Positions 34,283-44,496 are shown, counted from the first letter of the stretch. The stretch is DNA of 64,000 bases from Candidatus Saccharimonadales bacterium (GCA_038237095.1 JBBRZB010000001.1:38019-102018), one strand, 5' to 3'. The notes: a model not told the origin generated them from the letters alone. A program made the numbers and translations.

Positions 34283-36891
34283 GCCGCTCATTTAAACTGA
34301 GTGCTACACTCGCCATCTTTGCTGTGGTTACGGCAGCCGCGCTTGGGTTTATGGGTCACGCTAAGGCGTTCAATAACACCTACCCAGACACTGTCGGCGA
34401 CATATCAAGCGGCGCCAGTGTATATGCTGTAATCGGTCAAACACAATTCGTCCAGAGAACTGGTAGTAATTTACGCGTATGGTTCCCGACTAGTGCCGGC
34501 GGCACAATTACTATTGGGGACGGTAACTTCTGTTCAAGCAATGCCTATGATTATATCCAGAATGGTGACTACTTTGCGTCGCACGGCATTGGTAGCGGTA
34601 CTGCTGTTACTAATTTTGTCGTCAATGGTGTTACGAAGTATGGGTATTACTATGGGTCTGGCGACGCTCGCTGCAAGAGCAATATCACATTTGCAGTCAG
34701 CGGGCTGGGTGGAATCGAGAACGGTTATTATTACGCGGATATTACGATTTCGTATAGAGACCTAAGAGCTGGTGCATATGATGGTCTTATGAATTACTTT
34801 AGGATTGGCTCTTCGGTGGCAACCAGCTTTATTGGTGTACGCACCCCCCCAGGAGGAACATGGGGAACTGGATATGATTCTACGCAAGAGCAGGTGGATA
34901 CATCACCGACAAACTCAACGTATTACGAGCGATTTGGTTCACCGTGCAATCTTGCTGCAAATCAGACCGCACAACTCAAATTCTTTGACCTTGATAATGC
35001 CGGTGGTAGTGGTGCGCAGCTAAATGGTGATGTATCCGTAATTCTGTATGACAGAACAGGCGGTGCATCCATACCGGTAACACTATCTAGCCCAAGTGGC
35101 GGCTGGGGAGCCGGATCAACGCCCACACACTGGGTCCCAGTGAGCGTAAATAATGCCGCACAAACTATCAATTTCGTTGCCGCGCCGGGGCATAAATACT
35201 TGCTTGAAATACTCAATGTGTACTACAACAACACGATTCAATTCAGTTTACCGTATTCGCAGATTAACTATCTTAGCTGTAAGGGTGCCACGGTCACTCC
35301 AGGAGCCACAGTTGATAAGCCGGTTGTCGGCACAGGCACGACCGTAACATTCGTTAATACAGTTACTACTAGTGGTGCTGTCGGTACTGGCGCAGATAGT
35401 TTCGATTGGGCAACTGCCAGCAGCGGTGCGTCGCCACTCCCAGGTGCGCCTGCAGGAGCAGTCACAAGCGGCGCTAACTTATTACTGACTCCTGATCGGC
35501 TGGCGGCGTCGACATCATATAGTGTGGCCTTCGCAACGCCCGGCACGTATTGTAGAAGAATCACCGTGAGTGGTTATCCGGCATATGTAAAAACTCCCAT
35601 TGGAACATCGGCGCAAGCTTGTGTTACCGTATTGCCGGTTCCAACCTGTACCGGCGTTTCATCACCATCGACGGTACAGCCTGGTGATAAGACTGATGTT
35701 ACAGTTGGGTTTAGCGGCCCTGGGAGCGCTTCAATCACCAGCGTTACGTATACTGCGGCTGGGTTTATTCCAGGTAGTGGGAGTGCTTCGATTAACCCCC
35801 CAGCTGGGAGCGGCAAAGCAACGATCTTTGGCATTACCGTCCCGTCAACCGCGGGAACATATCCTATATCTTGGTCTCCCGTTCCAAACCCCACTGCGAT
35901 GCCGCCATGTAACGGTACCGTCAATGTCGTTGATCTACCAATCTTTAATGTCTATGGATCGGGTGTTCGTTCTGGTGGCGGTTTCCCAGCAAACGGCAGT
36001 GCCGGTAATGGGATATTGGCCAGTTGGTTTGATAACAGTGCAGGACATATGTATGGCTCAAGCACGGGTTTAAACGCTATTGCCATGGTTAATATCGTGG
36101 GCTTTGCCAGTAAACAAGCTGTATTCGGTGCTGGTAACCCAACCGGCCTGTCATTTGCTAACACGGCACTTATTAGCGGCTCATCACCAAGCGCGACACT
36201 AGGCGGTAATTTCGATACCGGTGGCTCATACAGCTTTGATGATCCAGGTCAGCCTGGAGGAGCGAGTGACCCAGGCGGGTCTATTTCGGCCACGACACTA
36301 TCGAGTATGAACGGTGTATTCAACCACAGTGGTGACCTGAATATTGCCGGCGGCACCATAAAGATTAAGCACAATGTGAGTATTTTCGTAAATGGGAACG
36401 TATATATAGGACCAACGGGAATCGGCTATGACACCGGCACAGTGTGGGGGACAAGCACAGACATACCCAGCTTTGTCGTAGTCGCGACTGGCAACATCTA
36501 CATTGATAATGATGCGGCACAAGTTGATGGTGTTTATATTGCGAAACCTAGTGGGGGCGGGGGAGGCCAGATCTACACTTGCGCCCAAGGCATGAACTCG
36601 TTCTTCAACAGTGGTGATATGTATAACCAATGCAACAATCAGCTGACAATTCACGGTGTATTTGTTGCCAATCGAGTCAATCTAATGCGTACCTTCGGAA
36701 CTCTTAAAGATGCCACTAGCCCAGCACCATCAAACTGTACTGATGGTGGGATTCCTAATGAGCGTAAGGTCTGTTCAGCTGAAGTCTTTGATTTTAGCCC
36801 CGAACTCTATTTGTCCAAGCCAAACATTAAATCTTCGAACACGGCGACAGTGCAGTACGACTCTATAGTTAGCTTGCCGCCTGTGTTGTGA
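34279..36891 (+). CDS. large secreted protein, cassette 2 (unique N-region + two Cys-delimited beta-sandwich-like modules + shared C-terminal domain)
   Basis: Signal-peptide-like N-terminus (..GFMGHAKA|FNN). 870 aa. The C-terminal 327 aa are paralogous to 32651-33628. Confidence 0.75.
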   Translation: MSRSFKLSATLAIFAVVTAAALGFMGHAKAFNNTYPDTVGDISSGASVYAVIGQTQFVQRTGSNLRVWFPTSAGGTITIGDGNFCSSNAYDYIQNGDYFASHGIGSGTAVTNFVVNGVTKYGYYYGSGDARCKSNITFAVSGLGGIENGYYYADITISYRDLRAGAYDGLMNYFRIGSSVATSFIGVRTPPGGTWGTGYDSTQEQVDTSPTNSTYYERFGSPCNLAANQTAQLKFFDLDNAGGSGAQLNGDVSVILYDRTGGASIPVTLSSPSGGWGAGSTPTHWVPVSVNNAAQTINFVAAPGHKYLLEILNVYYNNTIQFSLPYSQINYLSCKGATVTPGATVDKPVVGTGTTVTFVNTVTTSGAVGTGADSFDWATASSGASPLPGAPAGAVTSGANLLLTPDRLAASTSYSVAFATPGTYCRRITVSGYPAYVKTPIGTSAQACVTVLPVPTCTGVSSPSTVQPGDKTDVTVGFSGPGSASITSVTYTAAGFIPGSGSASINPPAGSGKATIFGITVPSTAGTYPISWSPVPNPTAMPPCNGTVNVVDLPIFNVYGSGVRSGGGFPANGSAGNGILASWFDNSAGHMYGSSTGLNAIAMVNIVGFASKQAVFGAGNPTGLSFANTALISGSSPSATLGGNFDTGGSYSFDDPGQPGGASDPGGSISATTLSSMNGVFNHSGDLNIAGGTIKIKHNVSIFVNGNVYIGPTGIGYDTGTVWGTSTDIPSFVVVATGNIYIDNDAAQVDGVYIAKPSGGGGGQIYTCAQGMNSFFNSGDMYNQCNNQLTIHGVFVANRVNLMRTFGTLKDATSPAPSNCTDGGIPNERKVCSAEVFDFSPELYLSKPNIKSSNTATVQYDSIVSLPPVL
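35908..36888 (+). repeat. paralogous C-terminal domain, copy 2
   Basis: See copy 1. Many of the DNA differences I compared fall at third codon positions. Confidence 0.9.
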
Positions 36892-37006
36892 TACAATTTA
36901 GGAAAGGAACATAACCGGAAATAAACATTATGGGTGGGCCCATCACAAACCAACCAGTACAACAGATACTAAGCGATAATGCTTATGCTATAATCGGGGT
37001 CAGAAT

Positions 37007-38050
37007 ATGAGCCTGTCATTTAGCGGTGTATCCGACTTCTTTGGCCTCGACATCGGCAGTACGGCAGTACGGTTAGTCCAACTGCGTGGTGCTGGGCTCC
37101 CAAAGGTGTTAGTTAAGTACGCGTATGTGCCACTTGATAGCAATATTTCACTCAGCGATTCAAAATCTGATCAGCAGAAATTAGCTCAAACTATCGCGCA
37201 ATTGGTGTCACAAGCGCATGTCACAACTCGAAACGTTGCCGTTGGTATTCCTTCAAGTCGTGTGTTTACCACTGTTGCGGATGTTGACCGGCTCCCAGGT
37301 AATGAGATGGCCAAAGCGATCCGTTATCAAGCTGATTCACTGATTCCTACGCCTTTAGCCGAATCTAAAATTGATTGGGCGATTTTGGGTGACGCGCCAA
37401 GCGACAAAACCAAGCAGAAAGTTCTACTCAGTAGTGTACCGAACGCCTTTGTTGAGTCGCGTCTTGATATGCTCGAATCAATCGGGTTGAATGTGGTGGC
37501 TTTTGAGCCAGACAACTTAGCTATGGCTCGTTCGCTCATCGCGCCAGACGCAGCCGAAGCTCAATTATTACTTGATGTCGGCCGAAAATCGACTGATTTA
37601 GTCGTGACATTAAACGGTGTACCACACTTAACACGCTCGATTCCAACTGGTGTTGAAGCAGTCGTTCGATCGGCGATGCAGAATCTTAACATCGATGAGA
37701 AACAGGCCGATCAATTTGTCTTCAAGTTCGGTTTGAGTAAGGACAAGCTTGAGGGCCAAGTCTACCAAGCGATTAGCACCACAATTGATCTTTTGACCAC
37801 AGAAATTGATAAGTCGATCAAGTTCTTCCAGACACGTTATACGACTGCTAAAATCGAACGCATGGTCGTTACGGGCGGGGCATCAGTTATACCTGAGTTC
37901 CCACTGTATTTGGCGAATAAATTCGGTGTAAACGTCGAAATTGGCAACGCATGGCGCAATGTGACATTTAGCCGCGACCGTCAGAACGAATTATTGGCGA
38001 TTTCAAACCAATTCGGCGTGGCCGTCGGCTTGGCGGAGCGGAGCGAATAA
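37007..38050 (+). CDS. pilM: type IV pilus assembly protein PilM
   Basis: Actin-like ATPase fold motifs (GLDIGSTAVRLVQL, VVTGGASVIPEF). Extended -10 TGcTATAAT at 36986-36994. Confidence 0.9.
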   Translation: MSLSFSGVSDFFGLDIGSTAVRLVQLRGAGLPKVLVKYAYVPLDSNISLSDSKSDQQKLAQTIAQLVSQAHVTTRNVAVGIPSSRVFTTVADVDRLPGNEMAKAIRYQADSLIPTPLAESKIDWAILGDAPSDKTKQKVLLSSVPNAFVESRLDMLESIGLNVVAFEPDNLAMARSLIAPDAAEAQLLLDVGRKSTDLVVTLNGVPHLTRSIPTGVEAVVRSAMQNLNIDEKQADQFVFKFGLSKDKLEGQVYQAISTTIDLLTTEIDKSIKFFQTRYTTAKIERMVVTGGASVIPEFPLYLANKFGVNVEIGNAWRNVTFSRDRQNELLAISNQFGVAVGLAERSE

Positions 38051-38745
38051 TGATTCAGTTTAATCTTTTACCGGATGTAAAACTCGATTACATCAAAGCC
38101 CAACGCACACGTCGTTTAGTGTTCAGCGCTAGTTTTATTGTCAGTGCTGCAGCTATTGCACTGTTAGTGCTTATGCTAAGCATCGATGGTCTTCAGAAGA
38201 AACATTTGCATGATTTGAGCGCTGATATAACTTCCGAAAGCCAGACATTACGGAAGAAGCCAAATATTAATACTATTTTAACCGTTCAAAATCAACTTGA
38301 GAGTCTAACAGCATTGCATGACACGAAGCCAGCCTCGGCACGCCTATTCACATATCTCAACCAGTTAACCCCCGCAAATGTGAGTGTGAGCAGTCTGAAC
38401 ATTGATTTTGCTCAGGATACGATAATCATCGGTGGAAACGCTGATGCGCTGAGCAGCGTCAACCAGTTTGTCGACACGCTTAAATTAACGACCTATACCG
38501 CTACGAGTAATGACGCTAACCATACTGTCACCAAAGGGAACGCTTTTAGCAGTGTGGTTTTGACTGGCTTTGGGCTTAATAACGCTTCAAAAGATAAGTC
38601 TCAAGCAGCGAATTACACCGTGACGCTCACCTACGATAAGGCAATTTTTGACATTACCAAGCAGGTTAGCTTGTCGGTTCCATCGATTACCACCCGTGCT
38701 CAACTACAATCCCCTGCGGATCTGTTTAAGGCTGGAGGGAATTAA
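38050..38745 (+). CDS. pilN: PilN-like pilus assembly protein
   Basis: Starts MIQFNLLPD followed by one TM helix, typical of PilN. The start overlaps the pilM stop (TAATG). Confidence 0.7.
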   Translation: MIQFNLLPDVKLDYIKAQRTRRLVFSASFIVSAAAIALLVLMLSIDGLQKKHLHDLSADITSESQTLRKKPNINTILTVQNQLESLTALHDTKPASARLFTYLNQLTPANVSVSSLNIDFAQDTIIIGGNADALSSVNQFVDTLKLTTYTATSNDANHTVTKGNAFSSVVLTGFGLNNASKDKSQAANYTVTLTYDKAIFDITKQVSLSVPSITTRAQLQSPADLFKAGGN

Positions 38746-38747
38746 CC

Positions 38748-39425
38748 ATGGCTAAGCTAGAGATTTCAACAAAGCGAGTCGCAATTAGCAAAGCCAATGC
38801 TCAAATGGTGGGTGTTGTGGCTGCCGCGTCGTTCGTAACAATTTTTTGTCTCGTAGCCAGCAGTGCAGTGTGGAGCCAAAACAAGTACCAAGCGCATCTT
38901 ACCAAAGCAAAAAGCATAGCTAACGCGCAATTGCTGAAGAATGTTGATGCATTTGATAGCTTATCTAAATCCTACGATTCGTTTGTCGCGCAATCACCCA
39001 ACGCTATTGGTGGTAATCCTGCTGGTACAGCTGACAATGACGGCACTAATGCAAAAATTGTCCTCGACGCGTTACCTAGTAGCTATGATTTCCCAGCTCT
39101 AACTGCAAGTGTTGAAAAAATTCTAACTGACCGTAGTTTTACTGTTAGTAGTATTACTGGTACTGATGATCAAGTTGCTCAAGGCAGTAATTCATCAAGC
39201 CCTACGCCACAAGCAGTACCAATCCCATTCTCATTCACCGTTACATCAACCAACTACAATGCCATCCAACAGCTCATTGCAACCTTACAATCATCAATTC
39301 GTCCAATACAGATTGATTCGCTCACCATGAGCGGTAATACCAATAACATGCAACTCACCGTCAACGCCCACACCTATTATCAGCCTGGGAAAAGCTTAAC
39401 AATTACGAAGCAGGTAGTTAAATGA
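38748..39425 (+). CDS. PilO-like pilus assembly protein (positional call)
   Basis: Single TM helix and a periplasmic-type domain. It occupies the position of pilO after pilN. Confidence 0.5.
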   Translation: MAKLEISTKRVAISKANAQMVGVVAAASFVTIFCLVASSAVWSQNKYQAHLTKAKSIANAQLLKNVDAFDSLSKSYDSFVAQSPNAIGGNPAGTADNDGTNAKIVLDALPSSYDFPALTASVEKILTDRSFTVSSITGTDDQVAQGSNSSSPTPQAVPIPFSFTVTSTNYNAIQQLIATLQSSIRPIQIDSLTMSGNTNNMQLTVNAHTYYQPGKSLTITKQVVK

Positions 39426-39673
39426 AACAAAAAGATTTCGCCCTTATCGCGGTTATCGTTTTCATAAGCGCAATTATTTCGCTGTTCGTAAGCAAAGCTA
39501 TCTTTGCACCACCAAAAAATCGCCAACAACAGGTTGAAGTTGTACAAGCAATTACGACTGATTTCCCAAAACCCGACACGAACTACTTTAACGCGACAGC
39601 CTTTGACCCCACCAAGCCGATTAATGTTGGCCAGAATGCTAACACAGATCCATTTAACGGATCTGGTAATTAA
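39422..39673 (+). CDS. small single-TM protein in the pilus operon
   Basis: 83 aa with TM helix FALIAVIVFISAIISLFV. ATGA overlap with the upstream gene. Confidence 0.5.
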   Translation: MKQKDFALIAVIVFISAIISLFVSKAIFAPPKNRQQQVEVVQAITTDFPKPDTNYFNATAFDPTKPINVGQNANTDPFNGSGN

Positions 39674-39742
39674 TCAGGCGGGCCTTCGTATGGGCACGCC
39701 AGTATCTACAATCTGCAGCCTGACTCAGGCAAGGAGCCAATT

Positions 39743-41548
39743 ATGAGTCTATTGGCCACAGGATCTGGTCAGCAAATCGAGGATGTGCTCGTTAAAACGG
39801 GCGCTATTACTGCTGATAAACTTCACGCCGCACATGAAGAGGCAAAGAAACATGGCGATCCACTGATTAGCTATTTATTAAAGAATAAACTTATTAACGA
39901 TGAGCAACTCACAAAAGCCAATGCGACAATCACTAAAGTTCCGTACGTAAACCTGCTCTCAGCTCGAGTCGATCCGGATATCCTGGCATTATTACCGAAA
40001 GAAATTGCCGAGCGCTACATGGCAGTACCTCTTGGAGAGATGCAGCACCGCTTGGTTGTAGCTATGCTTGACGCAGGAAACGTGCAGGCAGTAGATTTCC
40101 TGAGCAACAAGATTGGACGTGCGCTCAAAGTGTATGTTGCGAGCGAAACTGGTATCAAACAAGTCTTAAAGCAATACCAAGGTAAACTCGACACCCAAAT
40201 GAACGAGGCGCTCCAGATTAATATGGATGAGCCAGAGGGCGAAGCGGATATCAAGAACAAAAAGAAAGACGACAAAAAAGACGATGATATTAAGGCTCTT
40301 GTTGAAGATTCGCCAATTAGTAAGGCCTTAACGGCTATCTTAGAATACGCGGCTCATAACCGTGCGAGTGATGTTCACATCGAACCAATGGAAAAAGAGC
40401 TTAAGGTGCGTTGCCGTATTGATGGTGTACTCCGTGAAATCATGCGCCTGCCGAAGAACACCGAACCAGCGCTCATTTCACGCATTAAAATTTTGTCCAA
40501 TCTAAAAATTGACGAACACCGAATGCCGCAAGATGGCCAGTTTACGGTCGCTGTTGATAACCGTAAGATTGACTTACGTATCGCCATTGCACCGATTGTG
40601 TGGGGTGAGCAAGTTGTGATTCGATTGCTGGATAAAACAGGTACCTCCATGAAACTCGAGGATATGGGCTATGCCGGTAGGGCACTACGTACGATTCGAA
40701 AAGGTTTGGAGCGACCGAACGGTATGATTCTTACGAGTGGGCCAACTGGGTCTGGCAAGTCCACCTCACTCTATGCGTTGATTCAGGAAATCATGAATGA
40801 CTCGATTAATATCGTCACGCTGGAAGACCCAGTCGAGTACAAGATGGACGGCATTAATCAGATTCAAGTCAACGCCGAGGTGGGGCTGACATTTGCCTCA
40901 GGTTTGCGCAGTATTTTGCGTCAAGACCCTGACGTAGTGATGGTAGGAGAGATTCGCGATAAAGAGACCGCTCAGCTGGCCGTTCAGGCTGCTTTAACTG
41001 GTCACTTGGTGTTTAGCACGCTACACACCAATAGCGCGGCCGGTATTCTGCCACGTTTGCTAGATATGGGTATTGAGCCGTTCTTGATTGCCAGTACAGT
41101 GCATACCGTTATTGGCCAGCGATTAGTTCGGAAAATTGCAGACACAGGCAAAGAGACCTACCAATCGACTGAAGTCGAAACGGCTGCCATCCAGTCAACC
41201 TTGGCAAAACTTTTGCCAGCTGCAGACGAGCAAGTTGAGGCTGCCAGTAAAGACCTTGGGTATAAAAGCTTGCCCTTAGTAAACCAAACCGCTTATACTT
41301 TAAGTAAGGGCACTGATAGCCCAGATACGCCAGGTGGCTACAAGGGTCGAATTGGTTTGTATGAGGTTTTTGAAATCTCAGATAATATCCAATCGCTGAT
41401 CATGAAGCAGGCCACCAGTAGCGAAATCGAAAAAGCTGCGCAGGCAGAAGGCATGGTTACCATGCGTCAAGACGGTTATTTAAAAGCCTTAGATGGTCGT
41501 ACTACGCTTGCAGAGATTAACCGCGTAGCGGCAGAGGACAATGCATAA
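39743..41548 (+). CDS. pilB: type IV pilus extension ATPase PilB (GspE family)
   Basis: T2SSE N-terminal domain. Walker A SGPTGSGKSTS, Asp box, Walker B VVMVGEIRD and His box STLHTNSA. Confidence 0.95.
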   Translation: MSLLATGSGQQIEDVLVKTGAITADKLHAAHEEAKKHGDPLISYLLKNKLINDEQLTKANATITKVPYVNLLSARVDPDILALLPKEIAERYMAVPLGEMQHRLVVAMLDAGNVQAVDFLSNKIGRALKVYVASETGIKQVLKQYQGKLDTQMNEALQINMDEPEGEADIKNKKKDDKKDDDIKALVEDSPISKALTAILEYAAHNRASDVHIEPMEKELKVRCRIDGVLREIMRLPKNTEPALISRIKILSNLKIDEHRMPQDGQFTVAVDNRKIDLRIAIAPIVWGEQVVIRLLDKTGTSMKLEDMGYAGRALRTIRKGLERPNGMILTSGPTGSGKSTSLYALIQEIMNDSINIVTLEDPVEYKMDGINQIQVNAEVGLTFASGLRSILRQDPDVVMVGEIRDKETAQLAVQAALTGHLVFSTLHTNSAAGILPRLLDMGIEPFLIASTVHTVIGQRLVRKIADTGKETYQSTEVETAAIQSTLAKLLPAADEQVEAASKDLGYKSLPLVNQTAYTLSKGTDSPDTPGGYKGRIGLYEVFEISDNIQSLIMKQATSSEIEKAAQAEGMVTMRQDGYLKALDGRTTLAEINRVAAEDNA

Positions 41549-41643
41549 AATGAACAAATTGTTAAAAGTTAGTAATAACAAACGTACGAGGTATACGTCT
41601 GTTGCTATGAGCTTTGAACGTGCAAATAATAAAGGGGTGGGAT

Positions 41644-42711
41644 ATGCAGGCACAACCAAGAATTGAAGTCTTACTAGACGAAGTTATCAAGAAAAAGGCT
41701 TCTGACTTACACATTCAGGTTGGTTTGCCACCGATGTTACGTGTCGATGGTTCACTAGTGCCCGTTACTGGCGCTGATATTCTCGATGAAGAGGCTATTG
41801 AGGCGCTTATTTTTGCCATTCTGGATGAAGACCAGAAGCAGATTTTACTAAAAGACAAGGAATTCGACTTTAGTTTTGCGTATGGTGATCTTGGTCGTTT
41901 CCGTGTGAACGCGTTCCATGAACGGGGTAACATGGCAGCTGCCTTGCGTCTAATTCCAAACGAAATTTTAACGATTGAACAGCTTGGTTTACCACAGATT
42001 GTAAACAAGTTCGCAGATTTCCCCCGTGGCCTAGTCTTGGTAACCGGCCCAACTGGATCTGGTAAGTCGACGACGTTGGCGGCCTTGGTCCATAAAATTA
42101 ACGTTGAAAAAGCGGTGCACATCGTAACTATCGAAGACCCGATTGAGTTTACCCACAAGTCGCAAAAATCAGTCATCGTACAGCGTGAGGTACACTATGA
42201 TACGTACTCGTTTAGCGCTGCGCTTCGTAGCGCATTGCGCGAAGACCCAGATGTCGTCCTCGTCGGAGAAATGCGTGACCTCGAAACGATTGCTAGCGCT
42301 ATTACCATCGCTGAAACCGGTCACTTAGTATTTGCCACGCTGCACACAAATAACGCCTCCCAGAGTATCGATCGTATGATTGACGTCTTCCCGCCACACC
42401 AACAACCGCAGATTCGCGCGCAGCTCGCTAATATCTTAATGTCTATCACATCACAGCGTCTGGTGCCTGCAATTGGTGGTGGCCGTATCGCCGCCGCTGA
42501 AATTTTGGTGGCTACACCAGCTGTTCGCAATATTATCCGCGAAGGCAAAAGCCATCAGCTAGAAGCCGTTATTCAGACTGGTGCAGAATTCGGTATGCAA
42601 TCCATGGACAAGACGCTTGCTGGTTTGATTCACGAAGGTCGCATCACGTACGAAGAAGCACGTAATGTTGCCGTCGACCTAGACGAACTAGACAGGTTAA
42701 TGAGAGGCTAA
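41644..42711 (+). CDS. pilT: twitching-motility retraction ATPase PilT
   Basis: Motifs ASDLHIQVG, Walker A TGPTGSGKSTT, VVLVGEMRD, ATLHTNNA and AIRNIIREGK. The ATG at 41644 follows aaaggggtgg. Confidence 0.95.
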   Translation: MQAQPRIEVLLDEVIKKKASDLHIQVGLPPMLRVDGSLVPVTGADILDEEAIEALIFAILDEDQKQILLKDKEFDFSFAYGDLGRFRVNAFHERGNMAAALRLIPNEILTIEQLGLPQIVNKFADFPRGLVLVTGPTGSGKSTTLAALVHKINVEKAVHIVTIEDPIEFTHKSQKSVIVQREVHYDTYSFSAALRSALREDPDVVLVGEMRDLETIASAITIAETGHLVFATLHTNNASQSIDRMIDVFPPHQQPQIRAQLANILMSITSQRLVPAIGGGRIAAAEILVATPAVRNIIREGKSHQLEAVIQTGAEFGMQSMDKTLAGLIHEGRITYEEARNVAVDLDELDRLMRG

Positions 42712-42712
42712 T

Positions 42713-43933
42713 ATGCTGAATTTTAAGTACGAAGCTCGCAATGCAACCACCGGCCAAAAGGTTAATTCACAGGTCCAAGCTGATAATGAGCAGAGTGCGA
42801 CTAAGCTGATTCGTGACCAGGGTTTAACTCCCATATCAATTGTTGCTGAAAGTAGTACCGGCAGCCGTCGATTTAGGCGAGTCAAAACTAAAGACAAGGT
42901 CTTATTTAGTCGCCAGTTATCGACACTGATTAATGCCGGCTTACCGCTCGTACAATCCTTACGTAGCGTTGGTGAACAGACTACCAACAAGGCTTTCAAA
43001 GTTATTATTAATCAGATTATATCCGATGTGGAGGCTGGAACATCTTTCAGCGCGGCATTAGACAAGTACCCACAAGTTTTTAATCGCGTATTCGTGAGTT
43101 TGGTAGCGGCTGGTGAAGCTTCAGGTACGTTAGACAGGGGACTGGAGCGTCTGGCCGATCAACAAGAAAAGGACGCCGAGATCATTTCAAAAGTCCGTGG
43201 CGCTATGATTTACCCATTTATCGTCTTGTTGGTCATGATGGCGGTGATGGGCTTTATGGTGGTGAAGGTTCTGCCTCAGGTGCAGAACATTTACGCCGGC
43301 ATTCAGGGAGCCACATTACCATTGGTTACGCGTATTCTACTAGCAATCTCAACCTTCATCATCCATTTTTGGTGGTTGGTATTGATCGTTTTGGGCCTAG
43401 GGATCTTCTTTGGGTCACGTTGGGCTCGAACGCTCGGTGGACGTAGTATCGTCGATAAAATTAAGATGAAAACTTGGCCAGTTGGTGGCTTGTTCATGAA
43501 GATGTACATGGCACGGTTTGCTCGTACCGGTACTACGCTCGTAGCTAGTGGGGTTCCGCTTATCCAAGTGTTAGAGATTACTTCTGACGCGGTAGATAAC
43601 GTGCACATTGGCGCATCATTGCAGCGGGCTATTGAGAAAGTTAAAGGTGGTAAATCACTCTCAGACGCCATTACAAACGATCCTAATTTCCTTGAGTTAG
43701 TACCGAATATGCTCCGGATTGGTGAACAGTCTGGCGCGCTTGAAACCATGCTCAGCAAAGTGGCTGATTACTATGAGAAAGAAGTAGACAACGAAGTTAA
43801 GAACATTAATACAATTATTGAACCTGTTTTGATGGTAGTCATGGGCGTCATGGCGTTAACTATCGTTGCCGCTATTCTATTGCCGATTTACGGATTGGTT
43901 AATCAATCGGGCTTCACCAGTGCAGGCGGCTAG
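42713..43933 (+). CDS. pilC: type IV pilus platform protein PilC (GspF family)
   Basis: Duplicated T2SSF domains (FSRQLSTLINAGLPLVQSL and FARTGTTLVASGVPLIQVL) and three TM segments. Confidence 0.95.
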   Translation: MLNFKYEARNATTGQKVNSQVQADNEQSATKLIRDQGLTPISIVAESSTGSRRFRRVKTKDKVLFSRQLSTLINAGLPLVQSLRSVGEQTTNKAFKVIINQIISDVEAGTSFSAALDKYPQVFNRVFVSLVAAGEASGTLDRGLERLADQQEKDAEIISKVRGAMIYPFIVLLVMMAVMGFMVVKVLPQVQNIYAGIQGATLPLVTRILLAISTFIIHFWWLVLIVLGLGIFFGSRWARTLGGRSIVDKIKMKTWPVGGLFMKMYMARFARTGTTLVASGVPLIQVLEITSDAVDNVHIGASLQRAIEKVKGGKSLSDAITNDPNFLELVPNMLRIGEQSGALETMLSKVADYYEKEVDNEVKNINTIIEPVLMVVMGVMALTIVAAILLPIYGLVNQSGFTSAGG

Positions 43934-44405
43934 TAAACCACGGAACGCAGTAGATGGTTTTACCATCGTCGAGATGTTGATTGTGCTGGCGATTGGAGGG
44001 CTGATTGCATTAATTGTATTCGCCGCGATTCCAGCTTTAACGCGTAACTCGCGCAATAACCAGCGGCGTCAGGACGTGTCGACAATACTACAAGCGGTCT
44101 CACATTACGAACTTAATAAATCTGGCAATTTCCCAGTTGATAGTGATCTCGCCTCGTTGTCACTCGGAAGCTCACTGACCTATTACAGCGCTGGACCAAG
44201 CCCCGATATACAATTTTTTGCGAACCAACCCGGGACCGTTTCAAACCTGAACGACGTAAACAAAGTCAGGGTCTATCAGTACCAAATCTGCAGTACCACA
44301 ACCACTGGCAACTCGAGTAGCTCGGGGGCTGGTTCACTAGATATCGTCGCGCTATTTGCGATTGAAACGGCCGGCGGCTCTTCACCACAGTGCGAACAGT
44401 TGTGA
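43920..44405 (+). CDS. prepilin-type protein (class III signal peptide)
   Basis: GTG start. Leader ..NAVDG|FTIVEMLIVLAIGGLIALIV with Glu at +5. Confidence 0.72.
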   Translation: MQAASKPRNAVDGFTIVEMLIVLAIGGLIALIVFAAIPALTRNSRNNQRRQDVSTILQAVSHYELNKSGNFPVDSDLASLSLGSSLTYYSAGPSPDIQFFANQPGTVSNLNDVNKVRVYQYQICSTTTTGNSSSSGAGSLDIVALFAIETAGGSSPQCEQL

Positions 44406-44496
44406 CCCCTGTGTAAAACTGCTTGCTTTTTTGCGGTCACCAGCATATCATCTAACCATAAGCATCAAACATTAATCTGCAAAGGGGGCATTTGCA

